DNA of 64,000 nucleotides from Vicinamibacterales bacterium. Its GTDB lineage: Bacteria; Acidobacteriota; Vicinamibacteria; Vicinamibacterales; UBA8438. Each line of letters opens with the position of its first letter. The stretch's first letter is position 1. Of the stretch, positions 25,413-34,278 are shown in pieces. The position numbers and the translations under genes are program-made. The notes below the pieces were generated by a model, which searched no databases, was not told the origin of the DNA, and saw only the letters and a program-made list of their open reading frames with translations. The stretch spans positions 3,781,661-3,845,660 of the forward strand of contig OZ250139.1 in the NCBI GenBank assembly GCA_965237405.1, given 5' to 3'.

Positions 25413-26618
25413 ATGACGACGAGCCATTCCGAAGGCCCACTGGCGGGCACTACTGTTATTGATCTTACGCGAATCCTCTCCGGACCGTACTGCACGATGC
25501 TGCTCGCCGACATGGGTGCGCGGGTCATCAAGATCGAACAACCTGGCCGGGGCGACGACACCCGCGGATGGGGGCCGCCGTTCCAGAACGGCGAGAGCTC
25601 CTATTTCATGAGCATCAACAGAAATAAGGAGAGCCTCACGCTCAATCTGAAACATCCCAAGGGCCGCCGCACACTGGAGAAACTGCTGGACCGAACCGAC
25701 GTGCTGGTCGAGAACTTCCGACCCGGCACCCTCGATCGAATGCAACTGGGATATCGAGATGTGACAGGACGGTGGCCGACAATGGTGTATTGCTCGGTGT
25801 CAGGTTTCGGCCAGACCGGCCCCCGGCGAACAGAGCCCGGCTACGATGCCGTGATGCAAGCCGAGGGTGGGCTCATGAGCATCACCGGACCCAGCGACGG
25901 ACCAGCATATCGGTTGGGCGTTGCGATTGCCGACATTACCTCAGGGATGTTCGCGGCCTACGGGGTGGCCATGGCCCTGCTTGCACGTCACCGTACTGGT
26001 CGTGGGCAACTCGTCGACATCGGGATGCTCGATTCGGTCGCGGCATTACTAACCTATCAGGCTGGGATCTACTTCACGACAGGCGTGGCCCCTAAGCGAA
26101 TGGGCAACTGTCATCCGACCATCGTGCCTTACGAAACCCTAGAAGCTGCCGACGGCGAGCTGGTCGTGGCGGTGGGTAACGACCAGCTGTGGCGAACGTT
26201 CTGCAGCCTGCTTGAGCTCAAAACCCTCATCGACGACCCGCGATTCGCCACGAACAAGGACAGGGTCGAACATCGTGACGAGCTGCGTACCCTCCTGGTC
26301 GAGCGCCTGCAGAAGCGGTCGGTGACGCAGTGGATCGAGGCGCTAAAGGAAGCCGGTGTTCCGTGCGGCGCCGTCCGCGATCTCGATCAGGTCTTCACGG
26401 ATCCGCAGATCATCGAGCGGGCAATGGTCGTCGCGATGGATCATCCCGCCGCCGGCGCCATCCGGGTGCTGGGCGTGCCGGTCAAACTGACGGATACACC
26501 GGGTGAGGTTCGAACCCCTCCACCCACCCTCGGCCAGCACTCCGAACAGATCCTCGCGAATGACCTGGGGTACACGGCGGAGGAGATCGCGCGGCTCAAG
26601 GACGATGGGACCATTTGA
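25413..26618 (+). CDS. Class III CoA-transferase (CaiB/BaiF family)
   Basis: GPLAGTTVIDLTRILSGPYCTMLLADMGARVIKIE and ENFRPG motifs. ATG 25413 preferred over TTG 25401. Confidence 0.85.
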   Translation: MTTSHSEGPLAGTTVIDLTRILSGPYCTMLLADMGARVIKIEQPGRGDDTRGWGPPFQNGESSYFMSINRNKESLTLNLKHPKGRRTLEKLLDRTDVLVENFRPGTLDRMQLGYRDVTGRWPTMVYCSVSGFGQTGPRRTEPGYDAVMQAEGGLMSITGPSDGPAYRLGVAIADITSGMFAAYGVAMALLARHRTGRGQLVDIGMLDSVAALLTYQAGIYFTTGVAPKRMGNCHPTIVPYETLEAADGELVVAVGNDQLWRTFCSLLELKTLIDDPRFATNKDRVEHRDELRTLLVERLQKRSVTQWIEALKEAGVPCGAVRDLDQVFTDPQIIERAMVVAMDHPAAGAIRVLGVPVKLTDTPGEVRTPPPTLGQHSEQILANDLGYTAEEIARLKDDGTI

Positions 26619-26673
26619 GCTCGTGCGCGCGGCGATTGCGGGTCTTGCGGCCAGGGCTAGCTGACCTTTCGGG

Positions 26674-26689
26674 GCTTCGAATTCGAAGC
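26674..26689. terminator. 16-nt perfect palindrome GCTTCGAATTCGAAGC between convergent genes
   Basis: Seen directly. The stem is short and there is no clear U-run, so it would be a weak terminator. Confidence 0.25.
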
Positions 26690-26782
26690 GGATGCTTCTT
26701 TGTCACCGGTCGCCTGCACCGGCCTCTCGAACGCCGTGGAGACGAGGTAGAGTCAGCGGGTCGGTATCATTCCTTCGTCGCA

Positions 26783-27214
26783 CTATTTCTCTACAAACGG
26801 CCCCAGCTTCGCCAGAAGAAACGTCAACACATCGTCTTCCGTCAGCGACGCGATGGCGTCGGCCCTGCACATCACGTCCTCGTGGACCAACACCCGCCGG
26901 CCTCTCGCGCGGCTGACCCGAACCAGCAAAGTGGGAGGATCATGTTCGGTATCGAGATCGACCTCAACGAAGTTATCCAGGGTCGCCTGCGCCTGAAGCC
27001 TCACTGAGCGTGCCGGAGTGGCGACCTGGAACGCGTACCCCTCTCGCGTGAGGACTCCGGCGACGGCCTTGACTACCGGTGCCACCACCTGGCGCAGCAC
27101 TCGCTCGCCTTCAAGTGAGGCTGACGCGGAACGTTCCCGGCGCTCACGCGCCGCCTGTCGCGAGCGCTCGATGACCTGCTTCACGCGCTTGCGGACTTCC
27201 GCGGTCTCGACCAT
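26783..27214 (-). CDS. Hypothetical protein (143 aa)
   Basis: High-GC ORF whose ATG overlaps the upstream stop (TGATG). No family recognised. Confidence 0.5.
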   Translation of the reverse strand: MVETAEVRKRVKQVIERSRQAARERRERSASASLEGERVLRQVVAPVVKAVAGVLTREGYAFQVATPARSVRLQAQATLDNFVEVDLDTEHDPPTLLVRVSRARGRRVLVHEDVMCRADAIASLTEDDVLTFLLAKLGPFVEK

Positions 27215-27651
27215 CAGCTATCGCGTCTTGGCGTGCCAACTTCGTAGATCCGCACCAACTCAATCAGTTTGTAGCCTTTGGTCTGATACGGCGGAATGAT
27301 GCGCTCGGTATGCAGATACTGGATCATCTCCTTATCGGCATAGTCTGGCGCCCCAATATCGTCTTCACAAGCAAGCTTCGACTCCAGTTGCTCTAGCGTC
27401 ATCAGTTTCTCGGCCACGGTGCTGCCAATGGAAACAAATTTCCATAACCAATACTTTTTAACCCGGTCGTGAGTCTGAAACTGCAGAAAGATCTCGTTGC
27501 TAATGAAGTTGTACTCCACATCCGAACGGCTGGATGGTGCATCTTCGACACGTATGAACGACACCGTCGACTGACTTGTGCACCAGTCGATAAGTTTATG
27601 TGTAAAATCGCCCTCCCCGGACCAGCTGGACGAATCAACCTCGGCAAGCAT
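27214..27651 (-). CDS. Hypothetical protein (145 aa) encoded in a low-GC patch
   Basis: ATG 27651 is preceded by GAGGA. The 60-nt stretches I counted at 27301..27360 and 27421..27480 are about 53% and 40% GC, against roughly 60%+ for the window. The ORF track joins this gene to the menG tail (27214..27867). Confidence 0.4.
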   Translation of the reverse strand: MLAEVDSSSWSGEGDFTHKLIDWCTSQSTVSFIRVEDAPSSRSDVEYNFISNEIFLQFQTHDRVKKYWLWKFVSIGSTVAEKLMTLEQLESKLACEDDIGAPDYADKEMIQYLHTERIIPPYQTKGYKLIELVRIYEVGTPRRDS

Positions 27652-28254
27652 CGTGTCCTCAATCCTACTTCCTCCAAGAATTGATCGCCATGAGCCCACC
27701 AAAAACGAGGTGCAGCCGACACTCGAGAACGTCAGCTCACGCATCAGGGTTGCCACTCCGTGGGCACCAGGATAGTGACGTAGCGAAACCGGAATGTAAC
27801 TATAGGTATCCGGGTCGCCGTGTAGCACAGCGCCGAAGCAGTGCACCCACCGCGGTGAGGTACCCAAGATAGACCGCGCATGCCACCGCGTTGGTCAGCC
27901 TATTGAAATCCAAGGAGAACACCGACCCGGCCGGCCGGAGCACACGATGAATCTCACACAGCGCGCCATCGAGCGCGGGCACGTTGCGGAGTCCATACCC
28001 GACTGTCACCAAGTCGAAGGACTCATCAGGATACGGAAGCGCCATTATGTCGCCGATCACGAAAACGCAGGCGCCGGCATCGGACGTTTGTCTTGTCTTC
28101 TGCGCTGCGATCTCTACTATTCGCGGCGTAATGTCGAGTCCCACGACAGCTGTGCCCTGATGAGGTCGTACCGGTCGGCGATCGTGGAGAAGAGCCGCCG
28201 CACCTACCGGCGCGTCGTTTCGGGGAAGTCGAAGGCGCGACGGAGTCGGGGCAC
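27652..28254 (-). pseudogene. menG: Decayed demethylmenaquinone/ubiquinone methyltransferase gene (menG/ubiE-like)
   Basis: N-terminal LFSTIADRYDLI, then VVGLDITPRIVEIA...GDIMALPYPDESFDLVTVGYGLRNV...RVLRPAG, and a C-terminal DTYSYIPVSLRHYPG in another frame. There is an in-frame TAG at 28204..28206 and the SAM-binding motif I region is missing (junction about 28157). There is a frameshift at about 27840 and no own stop codon. Confidence 0.75.
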
Positions 28255-28704
28255 CTAGTCGGCTTCGACGACCTCGATCACACCGCGCATGAGCGCTGGG
28301 TGGGGACCGCAGACGTACTCGTACCGACCTGGACGATTCGGAACCTCGATAACCGCCGACACGGTGCGGCCGCCCTTCGTCGACAGAACCGGCTGGTCCC
28401 AGGTACCGACCTCGAAGGTGTGCTTGATGCCAACATCTTCGTTGCGCAACACGATCCGAACGGTTTCGCCGGCCCGCATCGTCAGGACGGGGTTGGGGGT
28501 GTCGCTGCCGCCCAGGTAGAACGCCATATCTCGCGTGACCAGCGTGATCTCCCGGGGACTGTCGGCAGGATCCGCGGCAACCGGCCACAGGACGACCAGG
28601 CTGCCCAGGGTCAAACTCGTCAACAGCAAGCCGGTCACACGACCCGCATAACCGTGCAATCGGCCGGTCAACCCCTGCCCAGGATGCACGTCGTGTCTGC
28701 TCAT
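28255..28704 (-). CDS. Cupredoxin (plastocyanin/pseudoazurin-like blue copper protein), membrane-anchored or secreted
   Basis: Type-1 Cu ligand pattern: H in IKHTFEV, then YVCGPHPALM (C-x2-H-x4-M). Hydrophobic N-terminal segment. Confidence 0.75.
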   Translation of the reverse strand: MSRHDVHPGQGLTGRLHGYAGRVTGLLLTSLTLGSLVVLWPVAADPADSPREITLVTRDMAFYLGGSDTPNPVLTMRAGETVRIVLRNEDVGIKHTFEVGTWDQPVLSTKGGRTVSAVIEVPNRPGRYEYVCGPHPALMRGVIEVVEAD

Positions 28705-29903
28705 CCGACCATCAACCCCGTGACGTACATGACACCGAAGCCGGCCATCAGCCCGGTGAGCACAGGCGCCGTTGCCATTTGTTGTGAGACCGGCTCATCG
28801 CCCGCCATCTGCCGGGCAATCTGGACGATGACCTGGGCAATCGCACCCGCGCCGACGGCAAGAAAGACGACCGACCATATCGACGAGTACACGAACCCAC
28901 CGAGCCACGCGCCGGCGATCGTTGGTGCACCCCCGATGAGCCCCAGCTGAACGAGATCCCGGACGCGGACGTGCTCTTTTACGAGAGGCGACACGATGGC
29001 GAGGCCTTCGGTTGTGTTGTGCAAGGTGAAGCCGACGATGAGGACCGTTCCTAGCGCGACCTCACCCAGCGCGAACGCCGCCCCTATGGCAAGACCTTCG
29101 CCGAAGTTGTGCAGACCGATCCCGACCGCTATGAGCACGGCCAGTACCCATCCCTCACCGTGGACCCGCTCTCGAATCCGCTGACGGCGCCCACCGAGCC
29201 ACCGCCTGAACGTCTCCAGCCCAAGAAAGGCAGCAACCGCCACGCAGACGAAGAGCGTCACCCCCTGGAACGAGCTCGGGGTCACGCCAGCCGTCTCCAG
29301 CCCCTCCTGAACCGCTTCGATCAGCAGAAACACCATCAGCCCGAGGGTCAGCGCCAGGACGAAGTCGAGACCGGCGCGGCCCAGCCGAGCAACGAGCGGG
29401 AACCACATCAAGCCGATCGCGACCGGCAGTACGCCGACGTAGAGACCGATGAGCGTGAAGACCGCGAAGTACCGACCGTCAGGTTGTGGCGTCTGTACCG
29501 CCACGGCGACCTCGTAGTCGAACGTCACCCCGTTCGACGTGACGATGCGCACGACGTGGGTGTCACCCTGCACCCAGGGATAGGGGATCGTCAGGATCGT
29601 CCGGTTGAGATGTCCGAGCTCCGTGCCCGGGTCGGCCGAGAACGCCCAGTACGCATCGTCGACCTGCACTTGGGCGATCGTCACCGGGTCGGGGCCGTCG
29701 TTGAGCACGGTGATGATGATCCCTTCATCGCCGAGCCTCACGCGCTGGAACGTGAGTTTCTCGACCGGGGGATAATCGTCACCCCGGACAGCCTCGGCCG
29801 GTCCCGACCAAACGATGAACCCGACCAGGCCGGCCAGCAGCACGAACGGCAGCACGGCGATGACCCAGACCGATACGGTCGCCTGGGTTTGACTAGGTCT
29901 CAC
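28701..29903 (-). CDS. ZIP-family metal transporter with an about 150-aa extra N-terminal extracytoplasmic domain
   Basis: ZupT-type motifs GIGLHNFGEGLAIG and FTLHNTTEGLAI in the C-terminal half. The N-terminal half is one TM helix plus a beta-rich domain. Confidence 0.7.
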   Translation of the reverse strand: MRPSQTQATVSVWVIAVLPFVLLAGLVGFIVWSGPAEAVRGDDYPPVEKLTFQRVRLGDEGIIITVLNDGPDPVTIAQVQVDDAYWAFSADPGTELGHLNRTILTIPYPWVQGDTHVVRIVTSNGVTFDYEVAVAVQTPQPDGRYFAVFTLIGLYVGVLPVAIGLMWFPLVARLGRAGLDFVLALTLGLMVFLLIEAVQEGLETAGVTPSSFQGVTLFVCVAVAAFLGLETFRRWLGGRRQRIRERVHGEGWVLAVLIAVGIGLHNFGEGLAIGAAFALGEVALGTVLIVGFTLHNTTEGLAIVSPLVKEHVRVRDLVQLGLIGGAPTIAGAWLGGFVYSSIWSVVFLAVGAGAIAQVIVQIARQMAGDEPVSQQMATAPVLTGLMAGFGVMYVTGLMVG

Positions 29904-30978
29904 GCGACGGGGTCTCCGCTCGAAACAGTCCTATCCAGCCGAGCTCCGCGAACTCGCTCTGGTGGGCGTGGAACATGAACTCGCCCGGGTACCGAAACGT
30001 CGTCTCCAAGATGGCCCGCTCGCCCTGGCACAACATCAGCGTGTCGGTGACCTCGTTCGCCTCGAGGCTGGTGCCGGTGCGGAATACGTTGAAGAACATT
30101 CCGTGTAGATGGATGCTATTCAGCACGTCGAACTCAGTCATGTTCACGAGGTAGATGCGGACCAGCTGGCCTACCGTGACTCGGACCGGCTCGTGTATGT
30201 GGAAGCTGGCCACCGTGTTGACAGCGTACACCTCGTTCTCGGCGTCGAAGTTGGTATCGAAGGCGTTCATCACCATCACTAGCTCATCGGCCGGTGGCCG
30301 TACCGCTGTCGTCTCGTCATCACGCGGGTCGACGATGAAGACGCCGTACAGCCCCTTGTGCACGTGGCGCTTCAACGGGCTAGCGTGGCAGTGGTAGAGA
30401 TGTAACCCGAACGGCTCGGCGTCGAATTCGTACAGGAACTTGCCACCTGGCATGACCTGATGGGCTGCCGACGACCCGTCCATCTCCGGGGGATGCCATC
30501 CGTGGAAGTGAATCGTGTGGGGATGCGCTCCCTGGTTGACGAAGTTGATGCGGATGCGGTCCCCCTCCGTCGCGCGGATGGTTGGTCCAGGGACCTGCCC
30601 GTTGTAGGTCCAGGCCGGGAAGAACAACCCAGGTGCGATCTCGATCTCCCGGTCGATCGTGTAGATCTCGTACTCACGTAGCATCGTCCCGTCAGACCGC
30701 GGCGTCTCGCGGTAGACCTTGGACCGCTCCTCGGGGGACAGATCAGAGAAGTTGAAGGCGCGCAGGAAGCTGGACGGGTTGAAGACGTCGGTCGACACCC
30801 GTCCGACAGGACCCATCGCCGAGGAAACGTGATCCCACGTCTTGGTGGACAGATGGTTCTCCTGCCCGGTGGCGCGGCTGCCAAACAGCAACGCCGTACT
30901 CCCGGCTAGTGAGCCGAGGCCTGCGGCGTGCATCCAGGAACGACGAGACCAGTGAGTGCGATCGTCCTTCGGTGTCAT
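29893..30978 (-). CDS. Tat-exported two-domain multicopper oxidase, NirK (copper nitrite reductase)-like
   Basis: Twin-arginine signal (SRRSWMHAAGLG). Copper motifs HTIHFHGWH, LYHCHASPLKRHVHKGLYG and FHAHQSEFAELG parallel the NirK layout. Substrate not assignable. Confidence 0.6.
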   Translation of the reverse strand: MTPKDDRTHWSRRSWMHAAGLGSLAGSTALLFGSRATGQENHLSTKTWDHVSSAMGPVGRVSTDVFNPSSFLRAFNFSDLSPEERSKVYRETPRSDGTMLREYEIYTIDREIEIAPGLFFPAWTYNGQVPGPTIRATEGDRIRINFVNQGAHPHTIHFHGWHPPEMDGSSAAHQVMPGGKFLYEFDAEPFGLHLYHCHASPLKRHVHKGLYGVFIVDPRDDETTAVRPPADELVMVMNAFDTNFDAENEVYAVNTVASFHIHEPVRVTVGQLVRIYLVNMTEFDVLNSIHLHGMFFNVFRTGTSLEANEVTDTLMLCQGERAILETTFRYPGEFMFHAHQSEFAELGWIGLFRAETPSRET

Positions 30979-31019
30979 ACCAGATTTTGAGCCATCAATT
31001 TACGATATTTAATGTTTGA

Positions 31020-31033
31020 CAAAATATGTTTTG
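31020..31033. promoter_or_regulatory. AT-rich imperfect palindrome CAAAATATGTTTTG in the divergent promoter region (candidate DtxR/MntR-type operator)
   Basis: 12 of 14 positions are self-complementary. It overlaps a TTGACA hexamer (31016..31021) in a roughly 125-bp AT-rich gap between the MCO operon and the regulator gene. Confidence 0.3.
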
Positions 31034-31104
31034 ATAATTCAAAATAAACTAACGGCCGGGTGCAAGTCAAGGCAGCAGGATCGGTTTCCAAAATAGGCAC
31101 GCCT

Positions 31105-31782
31105 ATGTTCCCCTCAAGCACGGTTGAGAACTACCTCAAGACCATCTACAAAGTTCAATCTGTCGAATCGGATGGCGAACGGCTGGTGGCGATGGGCCAG
31201 CTGGCCCACATACTCGGCGTGGCGCCGGGTACGGCGACTACCATGGTGAAGGCACTGGCTGAGTCGGGACTGGTCACGTACGAGCCGTACGCCGGGGTCC
31301 GTCTAACGGCCCCTGGCCTGAAGCTGGCAGCCCTGGTCTTGCGGCGCCACCGGCTGATGGAGCTCTTCTTAGTGCAAGTGCTGGGAATGAGCTGGGACGA
31401 GGTGCACGACGAGGCGGAACGCCTGGAGCACGCCGCGTCTGACCGCGTCATCGACCGGATCGATGCGATGCTTGGTAAACCATCAGCCGATCCGCACGGC
31501 GACCCGATCCCCGATCCAGAAGGGGCCGTCTCGGCGCAGAATTACCCAACGCTGCTGACCTGCCCCGTGGGGGCACCGGTTGTCGTGATTCGGGTCACCG
31601 ACCAGGACGCCGAGTTCCTCCGCTTTCTCGAGAGCAGTGATTTGAAGCCCGGTCAGGTGGTCCACGTCGAGGTCCGTGACTCCGCCGCCGACCAGGTGGT
31701 GGTACGTGGCAAGAACGACCGGCAGATCATGATCGGGATGCGAGCCGCCGCGAAACTACAGGTGGCACCAGCCGACGCGTAA
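31105..31782 (+). CDS. DtxR/MntR-family metal-dependent transcriptional regulator with a C-terminal FeoA/SH3-like domain
   Basis: VENYLKTIYK..., HTH MGQLAHILGVAPGTATTMVKAL, metal-site region RRHRLMELFL...W.EVHDEAERLEH. ATG 31105 preferred over GTG 31060. Confidence 0.85.
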   Translation: MFPSSTVENYLKTIYKVQSVESDGERLVAMGQLAHILGVAPGTATTMVKALAESGLVTYEPYAGVRLTAPGLKLAALVLRRHRLMELFLVQVLGMSWDEVHDEAERLEHAASDRVIDRIDAMLGKPSADPHGDPIPDPEGAVSAQNYPTLLTCPVGAPVVVIRVTDQDAEFLRFLESSDLKPGQVVHVEVRDSAADQVVVRGKNDRQIMIGMRAAAKLQVAPADA

Positions 31783-32046
31783 CCCACTCGAGAAACCCTG
31801 GAGCGCTAATGATAGGCCACGAGCCTTGGATGCATTGATGACGACGCGGTCCAACTGCTCTCAAATAAGGAAGTGAGGGTTGGAATACCCACTGTGACCA
31901 CGGGAATAACCCTGATATGCGGAAGCAGATAATCCAGATGAGGAACTGATGGTACCAGCACGTGAGAAACCAATACTTAGCGCCGGCGCTAGATAATCTG
32001 GAGAAGTTCGTAGAAGGGATGGTCGCGTAAGGTTAACCTCACTACC

Positions 32047-32919
32047 GTGGAATCAAGTGTGTTTTTGTCGAATGTCGTGTTTCGAGTCGAGAACGCACGG
32101 GTCGGAGGACGGGTCCACCGAGGAGTCGTATGCGCAAAGGACGTCGTTGGAGTGCGTCGCGTCGGGCGAGCCTTGCTTCTCTCGCTGATGGCGCACGTGG
32201 GGACTGGCATCGCGAGCGCGCAGTCGCCGGACCTGGTGACCGATCGTCCGGATCAGACCGAATCGGCTACGGTTGTGCCGCGAGGCTTGATGCAGGTGGA
32301 GACGGGATACCTGTTCGCCCGCGACGGCGACGTGAACGGCTATGAGGTACCAGGCACCTTGTTCCGCATCGGTCTCGGCGGCCGGATGGAGCTCCGCATC
32401 GGCCACGCGGGCACGGTAGGCAGAGAAGGAAGACACGGCGCGGGCGACAGCAAGCTTGGCGCCAAGGTAAATCTCATCGAGCGCGCGGATGGCTGGCAGC
32501 CTGAGCTCGCCATTCTTGGCGGACTGTCGCTCCCGACCGGCGACGACGGGTTCTCGAGCAACAGCGTTGACCCGTCGTTCCTCGTTTCGTTCGCCCACAA
32601 GCTCTCGCCGAAGCTGTCGTTCGGCTACAACGTTGGGGCGGCGTGGGAGTCCTCCGCCGATCAGCCGGCTCGCGACGCGTTCATCGTTTACTCGTTGGTC
32701 CTCGGCGTAGGCCTGACGGATCGCCTGGGTACGTTCCTTGAATTCTTCGGCGACCGGCAGACCACGGGCACCACCGCTACCGGCGTGTCCGTGGACGGCG
32801 GACTCACGTTTCTGCTGACCGACATCGTCCAGCTGGACGTCTACGTCGGCAGCGGCCTACGGGGACCGACCGACGATGTGTTCGTCGGCACGGGGCTAAG
32901 CTTCCGATTGCCACGATGA
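32047..32919 (+). CDS. Outer-membrane beta-barrel 'transporter' family protein (MetA-pathway/PF13557-like)
   Basis: Signal-like LLLSLMAHVGTGIASA, then DLVTDRPDQTESATVVPRGLMQVETGY, typical of that family. The true start is probably downstream of 32047. Confidence 0.6.
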   Translation: MESSVFLSNVVFRVENARVGGRVHRGVVCAKDVVGVRRVGRALLLSLMAHVGTGIASAQSPDLVTDRPDQTESATVVPRGLMQVETGYLFARDGDVNGYEVPGTLFRIGLGGRMELRIGHAGTVGREGRHGAGDSKLGAKVNLIERADGWQPELAILGGLSLPTGDDGFSSNSVDPSFLVSFAHKLSPKLSFGYNVGAAWESSADQPARDAFIVYSLVLGVGLTDRLGTFLEFFGDRQTTGTTATGVSVDGGLTFLLTDIVQLDVYVGSGLRGPTDDVFVGTGLSFRLPR

Positions 32920-33113
32920 GCGCCGACAGGGCTACCGGCGCTTCCCGATCAAATCTTCCAGGCATGCTCGAGGACGTCATCTCAGCCCAAGAAAGCGCCA
33001 TAGCCAGGCGCCAGTCCCTTCTGCAGGAGCTTCGTCACCGCCAGGGCGCGGTCGATGGACTCTGGGCTACCGGAGGCATAGTTGATGTGGAGGGTACGGC
33101 TGCGGGCTTGGCG

Positions 33114-33527
33114 TCAGCCGGCTGCGATCGGCCCATAGGTTGCGGACGAGGTGGGAGTCTCCCAAACAGTCACGCGAACAACGGAAAAGCCTTGATCATT
33201 CGCCTGATCAAAGATCAGTTTCGCGATTTGCTCAACCGTGGGATTGTGGTCCACGACGAACACTGGTTCTCCAAGCTGTCGAAGCGGCTCGAGGAGCGGA
33301 TCATCCCGGCGAAGGATCATCTTGTGGTCGAGCTCTCGATCGATCCAGCCCTTGACCACCCGCTTGATGTCACTGAAGTCACGGACCATGCCACGTAAAT
33401 CGAGCGATTCGGTCCGCACCTCGATCTCGGCTACAGCGTTGTGGCCATGGGGATGCTTACAGATCCCCTCGTACTCCAGCAGCCGATGGCCATAGCAGAA
33501 ATCAATCTTCTTAGTGACTGAATACAT
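33114..33527 (-). CDS. queD: 6-carboxy-5,6,7,8-tetrahydropterin synthase QueD (PTPS family)
   Basis: FCYGHRL, catalytic CKHPHGHN motif, 137 aa. Confidence 0.85.
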   Translation of the reverse strand: MYSVTKKIDFCYGHRLLEYEGICKHPHGHNAVAEIEVRTESLDLRGMVRDFSDIKRVVKGWIDRELDHKMILRRDDPLLEPLRQLGEPVFVVDHNPTVEQIAKLIFDQANDQGFSVVRVTVWETPTSSATYGPIAAG

Positions 33528-33556
33528 AAAATATCCGCTATCGTGAAGGGCTATCG

Positions 33557-34270
33557 ATGGTAGTCGAGGTTTCGAACAACGGTCAAGAACGCGTCACCGC
33601 CGTTCTCTGTTCGGCCGGGCTCGACAGTGCTGTTCTTGTAGCTCATGAGGCGCAAAATGGCGATGTGCAACCTATCTACATCACGGCGGGGCTCTCGTGG
33701 GAGCGCGCCGAACAACGGTTGGCGGCTCGCCTGCTTGCCGCGCCAATCTTTGCCATTCACGTTCGACCACTTGAATTCCTCGAGTGTCCGGTAGCCGACA
33801 TCTATTCCCCAACCCACTGGTCACTTCGAGGTGACCCACCGACCTACACAACACCGGACAGCGACGTCTATCTCGTTGGACGCAACGCCTTGCTTCTCTC
33901 CAAGGTCGCCGTCTACTGCGCGCTGCACCGGATTTCTCGGATCGCGGTTGGACCGTTAGCTGGGAACCCGTTCCCCGATGCCACGCCAGACTTTTTTTCA
34001 ACGATGGCACGCGCTTTGTCGCTGGGTCTTGACCACCCGATCGATATCGTCGCGCCGTTTGCAACAATGAGGAAACATGACGTCATCAGGATCGGAACAA
34101 CGCTCGGCGTCCCGTTGGAACTCACGCTATCGTGTATGAACCCGATTAACCTCGCTCACTGCGGTCGCTGTAGCAAGTGTCGCGAGAGGCTCCAAGCATT
34201 TGCCGCGGCCGGCTCCAGTGACCCGGCACAGTACGCCTTCCGCCCAAAAAACGTTAAAAGCGGATGTTGA
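33557..34270 (+). CDS. QueC-family PP-loop ATPase (divergent 7-cyano-7-deazaguanine synthase-like)
   Basis: PP-loop variant CSAGLDS and the C-terminal zinc motif SCMNP...HCGRCSKCRER. The usual YGQRH segment is replaced by AGLSWE. Confidence 0.65.
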   Translation: MVVEVSNNGQERVTAVLCSAGLDSAVLVAHEAQNGDVQPIYITAGLSWERAEQRLAARLLAAPIFAIHVRPLEFLECPVADIYSPTHWSLRGDPPTYTTPDSDVYLVGRNALLLSKVAVYCALHRISRIAVGPLAGNPFPDATPDFFSTMARALSLGLDHPIDIVAPFATMRKHDVIRIGTTLGVPLELTLSCMNPINLAHCGRCSKCRERLQAFAAAGSSDPAQYAFRPKNVKSGC

Positions 34271-34278
34271 CGGGGCCT

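Noticed and set aside
16911-28254. In-frame TAG codons in iscS (17413, 17271), menG (28204) and the cysteine-synthase stump, considered as possible pyrrolysine or stop-codon reassignment
   Set aside because: The same genes also carry frameshifts and large internal deletions. TAG is also used as an ordinary terminator by intact neighbours, such as rmuC and the cupredoxin gene. Pseudogenisation is the simpler explanation.
27800-28588. 262-aa minus-strand ORF spanning the cupredoxin gene and menG
   Set aside because: Only its C-terminal half (VVGLDIT...RVLRPAG) is genuine methyltransferase sequence. The N-terminal half is an out-of-frame read-through of the cupredoxin gene. It is reinterpreted as part of the menG pseudogene.
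32916-33398. 160-aa plus-strand ORF downstream of the OMP gene
   Set aside because: It mostly overlaps queD on the opposite strand, and queD has clear catalytic motifs.
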